Origin: Cirrosporium novae-zelandiae
Taxonomy: Eukaryota
Assembly (NCBI GenBank): GCA_026023565.1
Contig: JAPETS010000011.1
Coordinates: 434,001-498,000, forward strand
Direction of reading: 5' to 3'
Length of the DNA stretch: 64,000 bases
The translations under genes and the position numbers were made by a program. A model generated the notes under the pieces. It was not told where the DNA came from, did not search any database, and saw nothing but the letters and a program-made list of their open reading frames with translations. Of the stretch, positions 41,635 through 54,599 are shown piece by piece (positions within the stretch are counted from its first letter, which is position 1; the number at the start of each line of letters is the position of its first letter).

Positions 41635-43560
41635 GATTACTTTATAAGCTCTCTTGAAAGTTCGGGGAGAGAATATATATATATATATATATATTTATAG
41701 TCTGTTGAGATAGGAAGAGGAAGGGGGAGAGAGAAAGGGAAAAGGGGGAAAAAAAAAAAGGGTCTAGGAAATCATGTATATATACATCTCTCTCTCTATA
41801 AGTATTACATCTAGTATATTTCCTACCATTCACCTCCCACCTCTAACCTTTCATGTCCTAAGTCCCTCCCTACATGTACATGTACTTAATACCCACCACA
41901 GCACCGTAAAAAAACTAAATCGAATAGAATAGCGGACCTTTTCCATCCATCCATCCACAACGCATACAGTAGATACAGTGTCAAGCCCAATCCAATCCAA
42001 CCCAATCAAATTCAAACCCTCAAGTTCGGTTAAAAGCTGAAAGTCGAAAATTGCAAAAGAATGACGTCTCCCCGTGCTCTCGCCCCTTTTTCCCCGCGTC
42101 CCCCCCCACGGCCCTGTTTCCCCGCAAACCTACACCTACATCTACACCTACATCTACCAAGCACTAAGTAGCTATCCCACAAGTTAGTCTACATTTGCGT
42201 TTTGGAGAATTTCTTCACAGTACTGTCGAAAGTACTTGTACCTGTACAGTCGCAAGCAAAAGCAAAAGCAACTAGCCAATTAGTACTGTACGATTTGCAA
42301 ACCTTTCCCCCCATAGTCTACCCCATGCCCAATTCGATAGCCTTGCCATGCCTCCCACTCACTCCTACTGTAGATAGTTGATAGTTCATAAGTGATTGTA
42401 ATTATTGTAGATAATGATTAACGAGTTTAGGCGTGGGGGGGGGTAGGACGTGGGACCGAGGATATATCTGCCAAGTACTCGAATAGGTAATAGGTGATTA
42501 ATGATTGGTTGGTTGGTTTGTTCGTTGGGAGGAAGTGGGTATTAAAAGTAGTCGTGGGTGGATTTTCGGGATATCTTTAAAAGCGGGGAGGCGGGAGGGG
42601 GGATAGAGGGCCGAGGTTGTGGTTTTTGTTTTCATGGTTGAGGGTTGTGATTTTGATAGCAATTAGACGAGCAGGGAGGGACGATGTGGGATGTTGAGGT
42701 GTCGAAATGTGAGTGGTCAGAGTGGTTAGAGTGGTTAATTAATTAATTACCTGAGTAATTGGGTGGTTTGGTAGTTAAGGCTTCTTTTTTTTTGTAGGAG
42801 AAGGGGAAGATGGGGATGTGGATGGGGGAGATGGAGATGGAGAAACTGTATTGAGTTCTTGGTGGTAATGGTGGTAATTATTGGTTGGCTGGTTGGTTGC
42901 TGGAGTTGGAGTTAGGGACATAATTTAACTAATAGTCTAAATGCCCTTTTCTTCTCCCTTCTGGAAATCTTTTTGTTCGTTCCACTTTCAAAGTATGTGC
43001 GATGTATGATGTGATGACATTGATCTGGGTGGAGCTGAGTAAGTTCTTCTATTAAGGGTATACATGTATATATACCATATACCTACAGATCCCCTTGAGC
43101 ATTTACCATCCCACGGCTATCCATCTTCAGTAAAAAATTCAACGAAGCAAAAGGTTAGAAAGATAGGTTATTACGTCGTTATCAGTTAAAAAGATACTAT
43201 ATCATAGCAACATACGGTACACACAGTTATTTCATCAAAAACAAAACGTGAAAAGTCCACCTTGTTCACCTGTCCATTCATTAATTTATTTCATACCAAT
43301 TCTCATCCCATCCCATTATCTCATTACCACCAAGAGAAAAAAAAGAAGAAAGATATCATAAAAGACAAGGGATAAACGCCCGCAGAGCGCTGCGCTTGTC
43401 GTGTATGTGTAATGGGTAATGTGCGTGTTGGTCATTATGTATGTAATCATTGTTTTAAAAGTATCTTATCTTGGTACCCTTTGTTGCTTTAGGGGGTAGG
43501 AGAGTTGGCTATCCGTTTTATATTCATCAATCAGTCTCCTTTCTGAAGTCCAGCTGAAGC

Positions 43561-45914
43561 TTAGGCACCCCATTCATCATCATATCCTGGATACCTCGGC
43601 GCCTGAGAGGGAATCGGCATGGTGGGTTTCGAGGGGTTTATGGGTTCCAAGGGTGCTAGGGGCTCCAAGGGCTTCAAAGGTTCCAAAGGTTCCAAAGGTT
43701 CTAGGGGTTCCAAAGGCTTTAAGGGCTCCAAGGCCTCTGGAGGTTCTAAAGGCTCCAGGGATTTTAAAGGGTCTAAGGGCTTCAGTGGTTCTAAGGGTTC
43801 CAAGGGTTTGAATAGCTTTCCCTTTTCCTCTCCATCGTCTTTGAAACTCCCCTCCGACCCTGTCAAACTCACAGATCCACTCACACTATGTAGTTTGAGC
43901 TCCTGATCGCCCTGTCCTCGTATTCCGTGGACAAAATGACCTACAAGGCGATGTTCACCAGACCGAATGACTCGAAGACCATCCCAGTGGACATTTAGGC
44001 TTCCAGAAATTGTCTCCGCGACCACATTTCCCTGCCACTGATCTGGGTATTTTATGTCCAACCCTCCACTGGTGGTGAAATGAGCTGCGCTGAGAAGTTG
44101 AAGTGGTGAAGTGTAATATAATCCCGGGCGCACTATCACGGTCTGGCTGCCAGATATGGTTTCAGTACGGATGATAGACTCGACCGAAGGGTGAGATACG
44201 GGAAGGATTTGGGCATCGATGGTACCAGAAGTGGTGTATAGTGATGTAGAGGAACCATGCAGGAATCTTCCGGAGACGGAGCCTCCCATTGTTTTGACGC
44301 GGGTTTGGTAGTCTCGAGAAGGAATAGGGATATCTACCTCGGACATGGGAGAATTAACCTCGATTGCACCAGACTTACTACCCACGATGAGGATAGCTGG
44401 TTTAGGTTCCAGGTTGGAGACTGGCTTGGGGATGACATTGATGTCAATGCTGCCGGTGGTAGATGAGACATCTAGACGGTCATAGAGTGGGTAACTACCA
44501 GATATCGATCCGGATTGAGTATGGACTTCTAACTCTCGAGAGTTAATCTGATGATCGTTGCTCTCTGGGTAGTTGATATCTCCATCGATGGACACATGCC
44601 AAGATTGATTTGTACTATTAAGACTTAGTCCGGAATGAAACACTTGGTTTAGAACTGTAGTATGAGTCTGGAATTCTGCGAATGAAGCTTCTTGTTTAAC
44701 CCAAATGGAAATGTCAAAGCATATCCAAGGCCTTGAACTCTTCGGAAAGCCTTCAACTGTTGATGGCACACTCAAAACCATATGGTTCTGATCTGTGATG
44801 ATTTTCGGCATCAATGATATATATGGAATAGAAGAGTGCATCCGTGTCCATACTGAGATTTTGTCAGTTTGCCCTATAGATGCTCGTCTAATAGTAACCT
44901 GCCCAAATGTCCGTATTGGGGCACCATCTCCGTTAGATGATTCGGGTGCTTCAGAAAACTGAAAGGAATCCGGGTTAAGAAAATCGTTTTTAAAACTCGT
45001 TTCGTAAGAGGAAGAAGGGCATATCAAGGGAATATCTGGCATAGGAAATGATATTTCCGGTCCTTCTGGGGAAGTGGGCATATCCTAATTATTATTAGAC
45101 TTGAATATCTAAACGCAAGAGATCTCAAACTCCAGGATAAACTTACTTTGTGGGATTTTGTCTCTGGAAACAGTGTAACAAAGAAGCAAATAGCAATTGC
45201 AACAGCAGAAGCTACTAACAACAGTCCAAATAAGGTGTCTGAGGTAGCATGTCTTCCGATATACCATCTCAATCTATCCCTCCACCCGTCACCATTGGGA
45301 TCCCTTCGAGTGTTGATATCAACCGGTCCACCCATACTCTCAGGTTCGTGGTTGATTCGTATTCCATGGGGAATGGTAATCGTATTATATCCTGTATTTG
45401 AATGGCCTAATGTTCGAGATCCCAAATTATTACCTGCCTGGAAAGACCTCCCAATATCCCCTGCTTCATAAGCTGGTGGTGCGGGTCGAAGTAAAGGAGA
45501 CACCTCGTATAGACTTTCGTCGTCGGCAGGCAACTCAACTCTTGTTTGAATTTGTGGTGGTCCTTTAGACTGGCTCTTAGACTGATTTCTTGGAATGGTT
45601 TGAAGGGAAGATCGTGATCCAGTGGAGCATATGCTGGAAGCGGGGGAGGAAGATCTTTGATTACCCGGCTTAAGGTTGTATTCATTTCTCCTGCTTGATT
45701 CTGCCTCTTGCCATACCTCTTGTGCTTTTGCTTGAAGATCTGTGGTAGGATTGGATGGATCCGGGACCATATTATATAGCGACCGAGAAGTAAAGTAACC
45801 ATTAGTGGGAGAGAATACATCGGACGATGAGTCATTGTCCGAATCAATATGAGTGTGGTGATCCATCATGAAATATCCATCTGAATCACTATGGTAGAGG
45901 CCGTTCGAATCCAT
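43561..45914 (-). CDS. Type II membrane protein with an adhesin-like (DUF4097-like) beta-repeat region and a (LEP/LKP)n tail; intron 45085..45146
   Basis: Cytoplasmic SPLL..APPAY, TM LFGLLLVASAVAIAICFFVTLF, repeated T.SGSI motifs, and an in-frame splice HK|DMP. Confidence 0.8.
43634..43812. repeat. Coding 9-bp tandem repeat (~19 units) encoding (L-E/K-P)n
   Basis: Variants of GG(T/C)T(C/T)(C/T)A(A/G) in tandem; the protein reads KPLEPLEPLKPLDPLKSLEPLEPP... Confidence 0.9.
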
Positions 45915-48673
45915 GGTAGGCCAATTTCATCAATACATTGGCTATACAAATAGACCTTGTTCCAAAGACGTCGGACAAGTCAGCTATGTGATGGGATAAT
46001 GCGATGAGGATGTAAAGAGAAGAGCAGACTTTGGAAAAACATGTTGAATCAAATTTAGATTACTTCGTCTCTTGAAGTCAAGCTAAGAATCCTCATGGTC
46101 CTACGTACAGTAGCCACCGAAAGAAAGCCCCGCATTAGTTTGTGGGGTCCTTAGGCAGCACAATTTCCAATCTGCCTTGAGGGAATTCGTATGCTGATAA
46201 GACTTATAAATTTCTTGTATTTGTGATGGAAAGGATATGATGAGAATGAGGATGCCTAATTTTTAATTAAAGATAATTAAAGGATTGAAATAGTCTGGGC
46301 AGATGTTTGGTGATAATGTCATAATTACACAATTGACGCCATATTTTAGTGTCGAGATATCTACCCGTAAATGTATCCATTTACATGTAATACCGCCAGA
46401 AAGCGCTTGAAAGTTGCTCACTCACTGAATCCAACATCTCAATCCAGACTGAATTATAACATTTGACCTCATGGACCGTTGGAGCCTATATTTTGACTTT
46501 TGAAAACCCTGGTTAGCTTGACTTGGACGCCGTTAAAGTAAAACTAGAAGACAATGTTCTGTAGCCTTGAATTTCAGGCAGCAAGATTCCAAAAAGCAAA
46601 AAAAAAGCTTCGTTTAAGAAGGATTGCTTTCCTTTCATTTCTTTTGATATGAGTATTCCAAGTGGCGTCAACATGATTAATATCATCTTCAATCCTTAAA
46701 GCAGAATAAGGTTTCTCAATTATTGCTCCACTACTATTTACATAGCAGAAACCCCATGAGTCCAACGATGTTAAAAACATGGCTCATCCGATGACAGGTT
46801 AGAGAATACTCCCGGCCGTTTCGGACAAGGGTTTGAAATTCCGGTTCGTTAGCTACCCTACCACATTTCCCCCTATTCACCTACGAACTTACAAATGGAA
46901 AATCATAGTTTTGAAGTATTATCACATCCTACACTACAAGAAATACAGTCCTTGATATTGACATGGCGTTGTCTTCTATATATACCATGTTTCTATGCCG
47001 TGTTTGAAGTCTACCGTGCGGTATCTGTGTTGCAAGATTAGCATCCCTGCATGTGTGAATACTACATGGCTATGTTTCTCAATTGGGCTCCGTCTGTATC
47101 TGGCCGTTCAGATCCAAAGTTAGGATCTTCTGGTTTGAGATGGTCTCTCTCCGATACCTGTGGGTCTAGAATTCCCACGCCCACCATGCTCTTCAAACAA
47201 AGACTTTCCGCTCTTGTCAGGAATCAGTATAGTAGTCTACGGATCAGTCTATGAGTCAGTTGCCTCGAATTATAGAACTGATAGGCACTTTATGGTGAGA
47301 TACAAGGCCAAGACTTGACTACCTAGATACTCAATGCCAAAGATAAAAATATGCTTCCCCAGACTTGATACCAAGTACCGTACCTCCTAATGCAATCGTT
47401 TCGGTACTTCAACCGATGCACATGTGCTTTGTTGATTTGGTATAGTAGACGACAGAGCTATGGAAATTCTCCGATTGCCAAGAACTGCGAGTCTAGGTTG
47501 TCAACACACCAAGGTAACCATTCCCAAGGATAACAAAAGAAAACGATTTTGTTGGTGTTTCCTTGACGGATATTTTAAGCAGAATACCTTTCACTGGGTG
47601 ACATTGCTCCAAAACCCGGTGTGTCATTATTACCAAGGGTCACAGTATCTAAGATTCTGATCCAAAGAACGGAAATGCGACGAAACCGAGGAAATGATAT
47701 GGTAATGTACGAAGAAACACGACATCGGGACTGAACGAGATGTTGGCGGCGCATAGTTGGACCATTCATGAAGAAACCCTCGCGATAGTAGAAGTGGGGA
47801 TGTTAGGCTTGGGTAATGAATGGCTCGAAGTCGCGAGGAAGGTTAAAAACAACCTATTGATCTGTCAGTCACATGTGGCATAGCTTTTGCGTTTTTTTCT
47901 TAACAATTCCTTTTCGGTAAGTGTAGATAACGGAGAGCGCCGAATCTGGAGTTTAGCTGTTACAGATGCCATGCTTAGTGCAGATATCCCACCTTTGGCC
48001 TCAACAACATGGCCTTTCAAAACAAAATGATTGAATACTGGGACTTTGTACTAAAATAATGTCCAAAACATTTTTCCTACTGATGTCAGATGAATCATAA
48101 TGAAGATAATATCTTCTTGGCAAGTTTTTTCGTGTTCTCCCTAGAAACAACATTGTTTTCTCAATTGCGCTGTTTGCGACAAAGATGCCTGTTCTTGATA
48201 CCTTTCAAAAAACTTGTCGGCTCCAGCGAAACAGTCTGAATAAGAATATTCTGAGCTCTATCTTATTGCTTTTCCCCGAAGATATAATGTCCATTTCTCC
48301 CCGGACCAGTTCAACCTCTACGTTTTTGTCTAGTTTTCAAACAATAGCTTCGTTACACCCAATCATTCGCTATACTACATTTAGATCAAACACGATTTAT
48401 AAATAAATCGCAACCACTTAGTCCATACTTATTTTTTTCCTGACCTTGCTAGGATATACTTTTTAATGTTTGTACTATTAATATTTTCGTGGGGTTTTTT
48501 ATATATGTCGTGCGTTGCGCATCATGGCATCTGCAGTCATGACCAGCTTTCTTTCGCTATCTTTATATCTCCACTCATTATAATAGAAATTCGCACCTCT
48601 TCGCAGGGCCGAAGTTACTTTCGTTAATATCATTAATCTATAAGATCGCCCTTGAAGGGAAAATCAGTCCAAC

Positions 48674-49522
48674 ATGCGTATATCTATTCTATCAGCCACT
48701 TTGGCCATAGCGGCCCTAGCAACTCATACACTGGCTCTCGCTCTTCCTGTAAACAAGGATACTTCTACCTCTACAAAGGTCCTACACGGTAGTCACCAAA
48801 CCACTACCTCCACATCTACATCTACAACTACATCTAAAACTCACTCACTTCATACTCTCACTACTTCCACCTCCAAAGGTATACACCGCGGCCACCGCAC
48901 CACTGTCTCGACATCGACATCTACATCTGTGACTCGTTCCCGCCATACCTCCACTTCCACCAAAGGCGCCCATCGTACCAAGGATAGCGACGCTTCCAAA
49001 TCTACTACTACATTAACTCATTCTCCCCATACTCCTACCGTTACCCCTTCCCCGACATCAAGCACACTCACCGTCTGGGCTATCCCCACCGGAAATTCCT
49101 CTTTCCCCTATACTCACCATTGCGTTGACACTTTCGAAGGAAGCACCTGCACATTCTATGCGGGTTCCTCTCCTTGGTCTGAGTGTGGTGTCGTTTTCGC
49201 CCTCGCCTGCACTGCCGGCATTCTAGAACTATGCGCCTGGGGCTTGTGGCGGCGGTGGTGGGAGAAAAGGAGGAAGGAAAATGCCTCTTGGAGAGAGGTG
49301 AATACGCAGAGGGGCCGGTGGTTTGGATTTCCCAATGAGTGTTGGAAATGGGAGAGCCTGAAGGATCCTGTGGAGCGGAGGAGTAAAAAACCGCAGAGGC
49401 CATTGACGACATGGCCGGAGCAGGAGGAGGGCTGGACAATGCCGAGTGTAAGTGGTGGCAGTAGCCGTGCTAGCACTCCAGTCCCAGATGGGAGGTTTAA
49501 TAGATGGATGCAGGGGTCTTAA
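48674..49522 (+). CDS. Signal-peptide, Ser/Thr/His-rich, single-TM cell-surface protein
   Basis: N-terminal hydrophobic signal MRISILSATLAIAALATHTLALALP, mucin-like repeats, a Cys-containing segment, then TM VVFALACTAGILELCAWGLW followed by RRWWEKRRK. Confidence 0.75.
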   Translation: MRISILSATLAIAALATHTLALALPVNKDTSTSTKVLHGSHQTTTSTSTSTTTSKTHSLHTLTTSTSKGIHRGHRTTVSTSTSTSVTRSRHTSTSTKGAHRTKDSDASKSTTTLTHSPHTPTVTPSPTSSTLTVWAIPTGNSSFPYTHHCVDTFEGSTCTFYAGSSPWSECGVVFALACTAGILELCAWGLWRRWWEKRRKENASWREVNTQRGRWFGFPNECWKWESLKDPVERRSKKPQRPLTTWPEQEEGWTMPSVSGGSSRASTPVPDGRFNRWMQGS

Positions 49523-50247
49523 TATTAACGTGAAAAGGAAGACACATACTCCATATGGTTGCGGCATTAATGTTTAATTACTATCTCAAGACATTTTCTT
49601 GATACGAACATGTATATAACGACAGAAGGAAAACAATTCCACTCTGCATATATCAATGGATTGTTCTCAATCAAAAGTTCCAATGAGTATTGTGAATTTA
49701 AAATGGCGTGAATATAAGAGTAATGGATGAAATTCTGGATAATAAAGAGTATGGCTCATAAAAGATAATAAAATCCTAACGGCATTTGTAACACGAGTAA
49801 CCATCCCATTATGTGTCTTAGTCCCATTTGAGAGTTGAGTTAAGATGAGTTCAGGTCCTGGAAGTCAACGCAACAAGGTTTAGATCTACTGATTGAGATT
49901 GGAGCGATTAAGTATATTTCGTTGATGATGGGAGATGTGCGAGAACAGGGGCTCGATGTAAAAAGAATAACTGTGTTCGTGTTGATGAGTAGTCGATGAG
50001 TGGTCGATGGTGGTAAAGTTGCAAAGAAAGTCAAAAATTACACCGGATCTTTCTACCACCGACTCCCGAACCGGCAATAACTTAGGGCTTCTTTTTGCTT
50101 AGGTAATTCCCACAATCGAAACTCAAGGTGAGAGGTTTGTGAAGCAAACATTGAACATTGATAATCTTGTTCGCTCGTCCACCTAATCCCCACGATCTCC
50201 CGCCATCACTCGACGACGACGATAGACAAGATCACAAAGAGGTCAAG

Positions 50248-51092
50248 ATGGCTTCCCTCAACAAGATCGCACATAACAGCCCTTCGCGGCCTAATCCCTC
50301 TGAGCTGGAAACCCAGATCGCTGGTGCTCTCTATGACCTCGAGACCAACATCCCTGATTTGAAGAGTGCGTTGAGGCCATTGCAGTTCATGTCTGCCCGT
50401 GAGGTGAGCACCGCTTTTTAATTCATCTATCTCGTGGGATTTACTCTGGAGGGTAAATTATGCTGGGCATCTCCAAACCAATGGAACCCAGGCGTCAAAC
50501 AAGCTATATTGGCAAAAGAAACCGAGATACAAACCAAGTCCAGCGCTAATCTCTGTCTCCTACAGCTCGAAGTTGGCCACGGCAAGAAAGCGATTGTAAT
50601 CTTCGTGCCCGTTCCTCTCCTCCACGGCTTCCACAAAGTCCAGCAACGGTAATTAGAACACCTTTCGCTCAAAAATCCCAAACCAAAAAGACCTTCCCAC
50701 TAACAAGAATTCCGCACTTCTACAGCCTCACCCGCGAGCTCGAGAAAAAGTTCTCCGACCGCCACGTCCTCTTCCTTGCCTCCCGCCGAATCCTCCCCCG
50801 CCCCAAGCGCTCCAACCGTTCCCATACGACGCAGAAGCAAAAGCGTCCTCGCTCGCGCACCCTGACCGCCGTGCACTCGGCCATCCTCGAAGACGTCGTC
50901 TACCCCGTCGAGATTGTCGGAAAGCGCGTCCGCACTAGGGAAGATGGAAGCAAGCTAATGAAGGTCATCCTGGACGAGAAGGAGAGAGGTGGCATCGATT
51001 ACAGACTAGATACCTACTCAGAAGTCTACAGGCGGTTGACCGGAAGAACCGTCGGTTTCGAGTTCCCCCAGGGTGGTGCTGCAGAATATTAG
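50248..51092 (+). CDS. RPS7: 40S ribosomal protein eS7; introns 50404..50565 and 50649..50724
   Basis: [70 protein letters not shown]. Confidence 0.98.
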
Positions 51093-51618
51093 ATAACTTT
51101 TTTTCTTCTCTCTGCTGATTGCTACTAACGGGAAACTTTGAAATGAACTTGGATGCGATAAAGGGAGCGGAGAGAGGGAGGTAGTTTACGGAAATTCCCT
51201 GATTTCTGCTGACCGGCTTAAGCATGGAATATGGGAGACCTTCAATGAATCGGGGGGATGGGAATTAAGATGGATGGATGGATGATGAGGGCCTATACTT
51301 TTTACTTGTAAGAAAGGGCTCGGCATGAGCTGGCTTATTTTCCCCTAACCCCCGGGTGTGACTTGTTTCCAAAAAAGATAGGAGCACTTATGCAGAGGAG
51401 ATGAAATCAATCATAAAACTATTGTGTCATGACTTTTTCTTTTTTTGCGGCATTGGCATGAACTGTTGGGGTCTCAGAGCCGACATATATTAATCCAGGC
51501 TCTATCTTCTCACAGCTAATAACATCTTGATCCACACATCTTTGTCCATCTATCCAACTTCTACCATCTCCCACAGCCTATCATGCTCCACATGTTCCTT
51601 TACCACATCTTGCATCGC

Positions 51619-51686
51619 CATAAATACCAGGTTGGGTTCGATCCCCAAGAGCGCTAGCGATTGGTTACACTGCTATCAGTGTTTTT
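51619..51686 (+). repeat. Third copy of the B-box-containing dispersed repeat
   Basis: CATAAATACCAGGTTGGGTTCGAT is identical to 24881..24904 and is followed by CCCCAAGAGCGCTAGCGATTGGTTACACTG. Confidence 0.8.
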
Positions 51687-51943
51687 CTCCGCAATCCACA
51701 GATTCACCCCCCCCCTCATATAACCCTTAAAGCACCCCCAAACAACTACCCCCAGCAGGGCGGGGTGAGGCGGGCCCAGAAAATTAATCCCCATAACCCT
51801 TCTTCCCATCCCTCACCAGCAAAAAAAAAGCTTGATGCTGGTGTCGATGCTTAAAGCCTAAAGCTACTAACTACCTAACTGCCCTGAAAATAGTATGGTT
51901 TGCTTATACATCATGACCCTGACATAACATCCCTACTTACTAG

Positions 51944-52069
51944 CAGCATTGTCGACAGACTAGACCAAATAGACCGTCTATAGACCTTAGACCGACCACA
52001 CCGAGCTTTTTGACAGATCGGCCAGACCAAGGAGGTCAGTCTGGTCGGTCTAGTCTATCGACAGCGCTG
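51944..52069. mobile_element. 126-bp non-autonomous hAT-type MITE
   Basis: Left TIR CAGCATTGTCGACAGACTAGACC versus reverse-complemented right TIR CAGCGCTGTCGATAGACTAGACC (20/23 match). 8-bp TSD CTTACTAG (51936-51943) / CTTACTGG (52070-52077). Confidence 0.8.
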
Positions 52070-53369
52070 CTTACTGGGCGATAGCTATACACCCCCTGGC
52101 TTCACCTGTCTTTCTAGTACCGTTCTTATATTCTTATATCACCCCCAACACACACGCATATATACACACACATACACATTACCATAATCCCTACTCCTAA
52201 CGCCACAATGCAATAATGAATCAAAACGGAAACCTCCCAATCTCCATCCTCCAGCCTCCATCATATATATATCTCTCTCTATGTGTATAACCTCCTCTGG
52301 AATACCATCATCGAAGGATTTAAACTCCAATCCGCAAAAGGTAGTCTTGCAATGGTTGGATAGTTGGATGGTTGGATGGTGTAAGGGTGGTATGTTATGG
52401 GATATGATGGGATGGAATATCAAGGAGTCTTGAGAAGTGCCGTGGTACCATTTATCCATCCCACATACCAACTATAGCTACAACCACAACTATAATCATA
52501 TCCATCCCCAGGTCCCTAGAAAAAAAAAGAGAGAGAGGATCATGTTGAATTCTCAATTCTAATCTCAACCTTCATTTCCTTTTCCTTTCCCTTTTCTTCT
52601 CCAACCCCTCCCCCCTTTCTTTTCAAGTGTGGAATATGCAGTACGATATATGATATGCTATGGCTGTAGCATCCAGTATCAGTTCTACCCATACATCCTT
52701 TCCATCTTCATTTTTACGGTTTTTATCATTGAGGGTAGGTATATTTATTTATGTTTTTGTATAGCCTTGTATATTCCAATAGACTTTCATCACTTTTATG
52801 ATATAGGATAGAGAATAGATTATGGATAGATAGCCCCCCTCCCGGCTACCTCCTTCCCCCCCTTTTCATTAACCAACCAACCAATTAACTAACTAATTAA
52901 CTATCCAACTATCCACCTCCGTATCTCTACCTCCCCCTCACTCCTAAACTCCATCCCATCTCATCCCATCCCTCCACTCCCGGCTATATAGATATCTCGT
53001 TACGTCCATAGTATATGTAACATCCACTTTCCTCAATCCAATCCAATCCACTTCAACCCACCCCCCCTTCCATCCAACCAGAGAAACAGAAAGGAAAATT
53101 CATGAAAGAAACAGACATGCATACATACATCCCAACTTCTTCCTTCGCCCTTCATGAACAAGAACAGGGCTTTTTAGGGGTAATAGTCCGTATGGGGATA
53201 TGGGAATATGTAGATATATAGAAAAACTGAGAGATTGTAGCATTTGTTCATTCATCCGTCATATTATATTATACGATATCGTATCATGCCCATCGCTGCT
53301 AGCTAGCCAGCCAGCTGTTAGGGGCTACCAAGGAGTGTTTGCACATGTATGTACACGGATTTCTTTCAT

Positions 53370-53650
53370 GCCGCCGAGAAATGCATACATGCTGCCGAGA
53401 TGCGTATCCATGCATACATTTAAATGAACTACTCATTCACTCCCCCTCCCCCAGCCGCCGAGAACATGCGTAGGAAAATTCAGATACTCATACGTACGCA
53501 TCCTTTTTGATTATTCATCCTTCCTACCGCCGAGAACCGCATGTATGTACGTCTGTAAAGGAATCACTAATTCACTCCCCTACCCCCTGTCGCCGAGAAT
53601 ATGCGTAAGAAAGCTCTAACACGCACACGCACGTATGCATGCATGCATGT
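53370..53650. repeat. Degenerate tandem repeat with five GCCGAGA cores
   Basis: GCCGAGA at ~53373, 53394, 53457, 53528 and 53592; ATTCACTCCCC..CGCCGAGAA(C/T)ATGCGTA repeated at ~135-bp spacing. Confidence 0.7.
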
Positions 53651-54599
53651 AAACGGAAAACATACCATAGACATGAGGACGTAGGGCCAGGAAGTGAATA
53701 GCCTGCTTACATACTAGTCCGTATTCATTCATCCATTCATCCATTCACCCGCTCACGGACTCTAGCTCTAGCCCCCCCCCCCCCCAAAAAAAAAACATAA
53801 ATATCCCTCTTCTTCTCCCTCCCTTCTCCAACTATCTTTCTTTTCCTTTTTTCATCAGACCCATAACCAGAACATCAACCACTCTTTCTTCATTCTTGAT
53901 TAGGGATATAATGCGGATATGATTATGCATCTTTGAGCTAATCACTTTTTCTCTTTCTTCCATGGCTAGATGGTTAGGATCAAGGACTAAGGACAACGGT
54001 TCATCTTTCAGTGGAGTACTCTTTTTTTCTCTCAGTTGGAATCAGAGTACTGATGTCAAATATTTAGCTTTCAATCACACCTTCTCCTTGGCTAGAACGA
54101 AAGCATATAGACCAACAGTTTATCTTTCAAATCAATCGAATTACTCTTTCTTTCTCCTTTGATGGTCGGAACCCTACCACAAATACCAACAGCAGTTGAT
54201 CCTTCAATAAATATATACCAATCCTTTTCACCACACCACAACGATATATACGACAGGTACCTTCCAAACCTCTTCAAGAGCATAGAAGACGGCCTATATT
54301 AAGACCACAGATACAATAACCAAAACACCATTCTTTACCGAGGTCACTGTGTGGTCAAGACACCATAATTCATCAACGCTAGGGACGACAATAAGAGCGG
54401 AAAGAAATAAATCTAAAAGGACGAACATAGCGAACTGATATGCTATTACTGTCTGAAAAATCTCCCACTCGATAGATTTTCAGAGGGAAATAGAGGCAAG
54501 ACTCGTGGATCTGCGAGTTCCCTTTTCAGGCGTTGCAAGCACTGTGAGATCTGGCCTCCTAGGACATGAAGGCAGCTATGAAAGTTATTTATCAACTTA

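Noticed and set aside
46000..48600. Short ORFs in the intergenic region
   Set aside because: No recognisable motif or consistent splice model.
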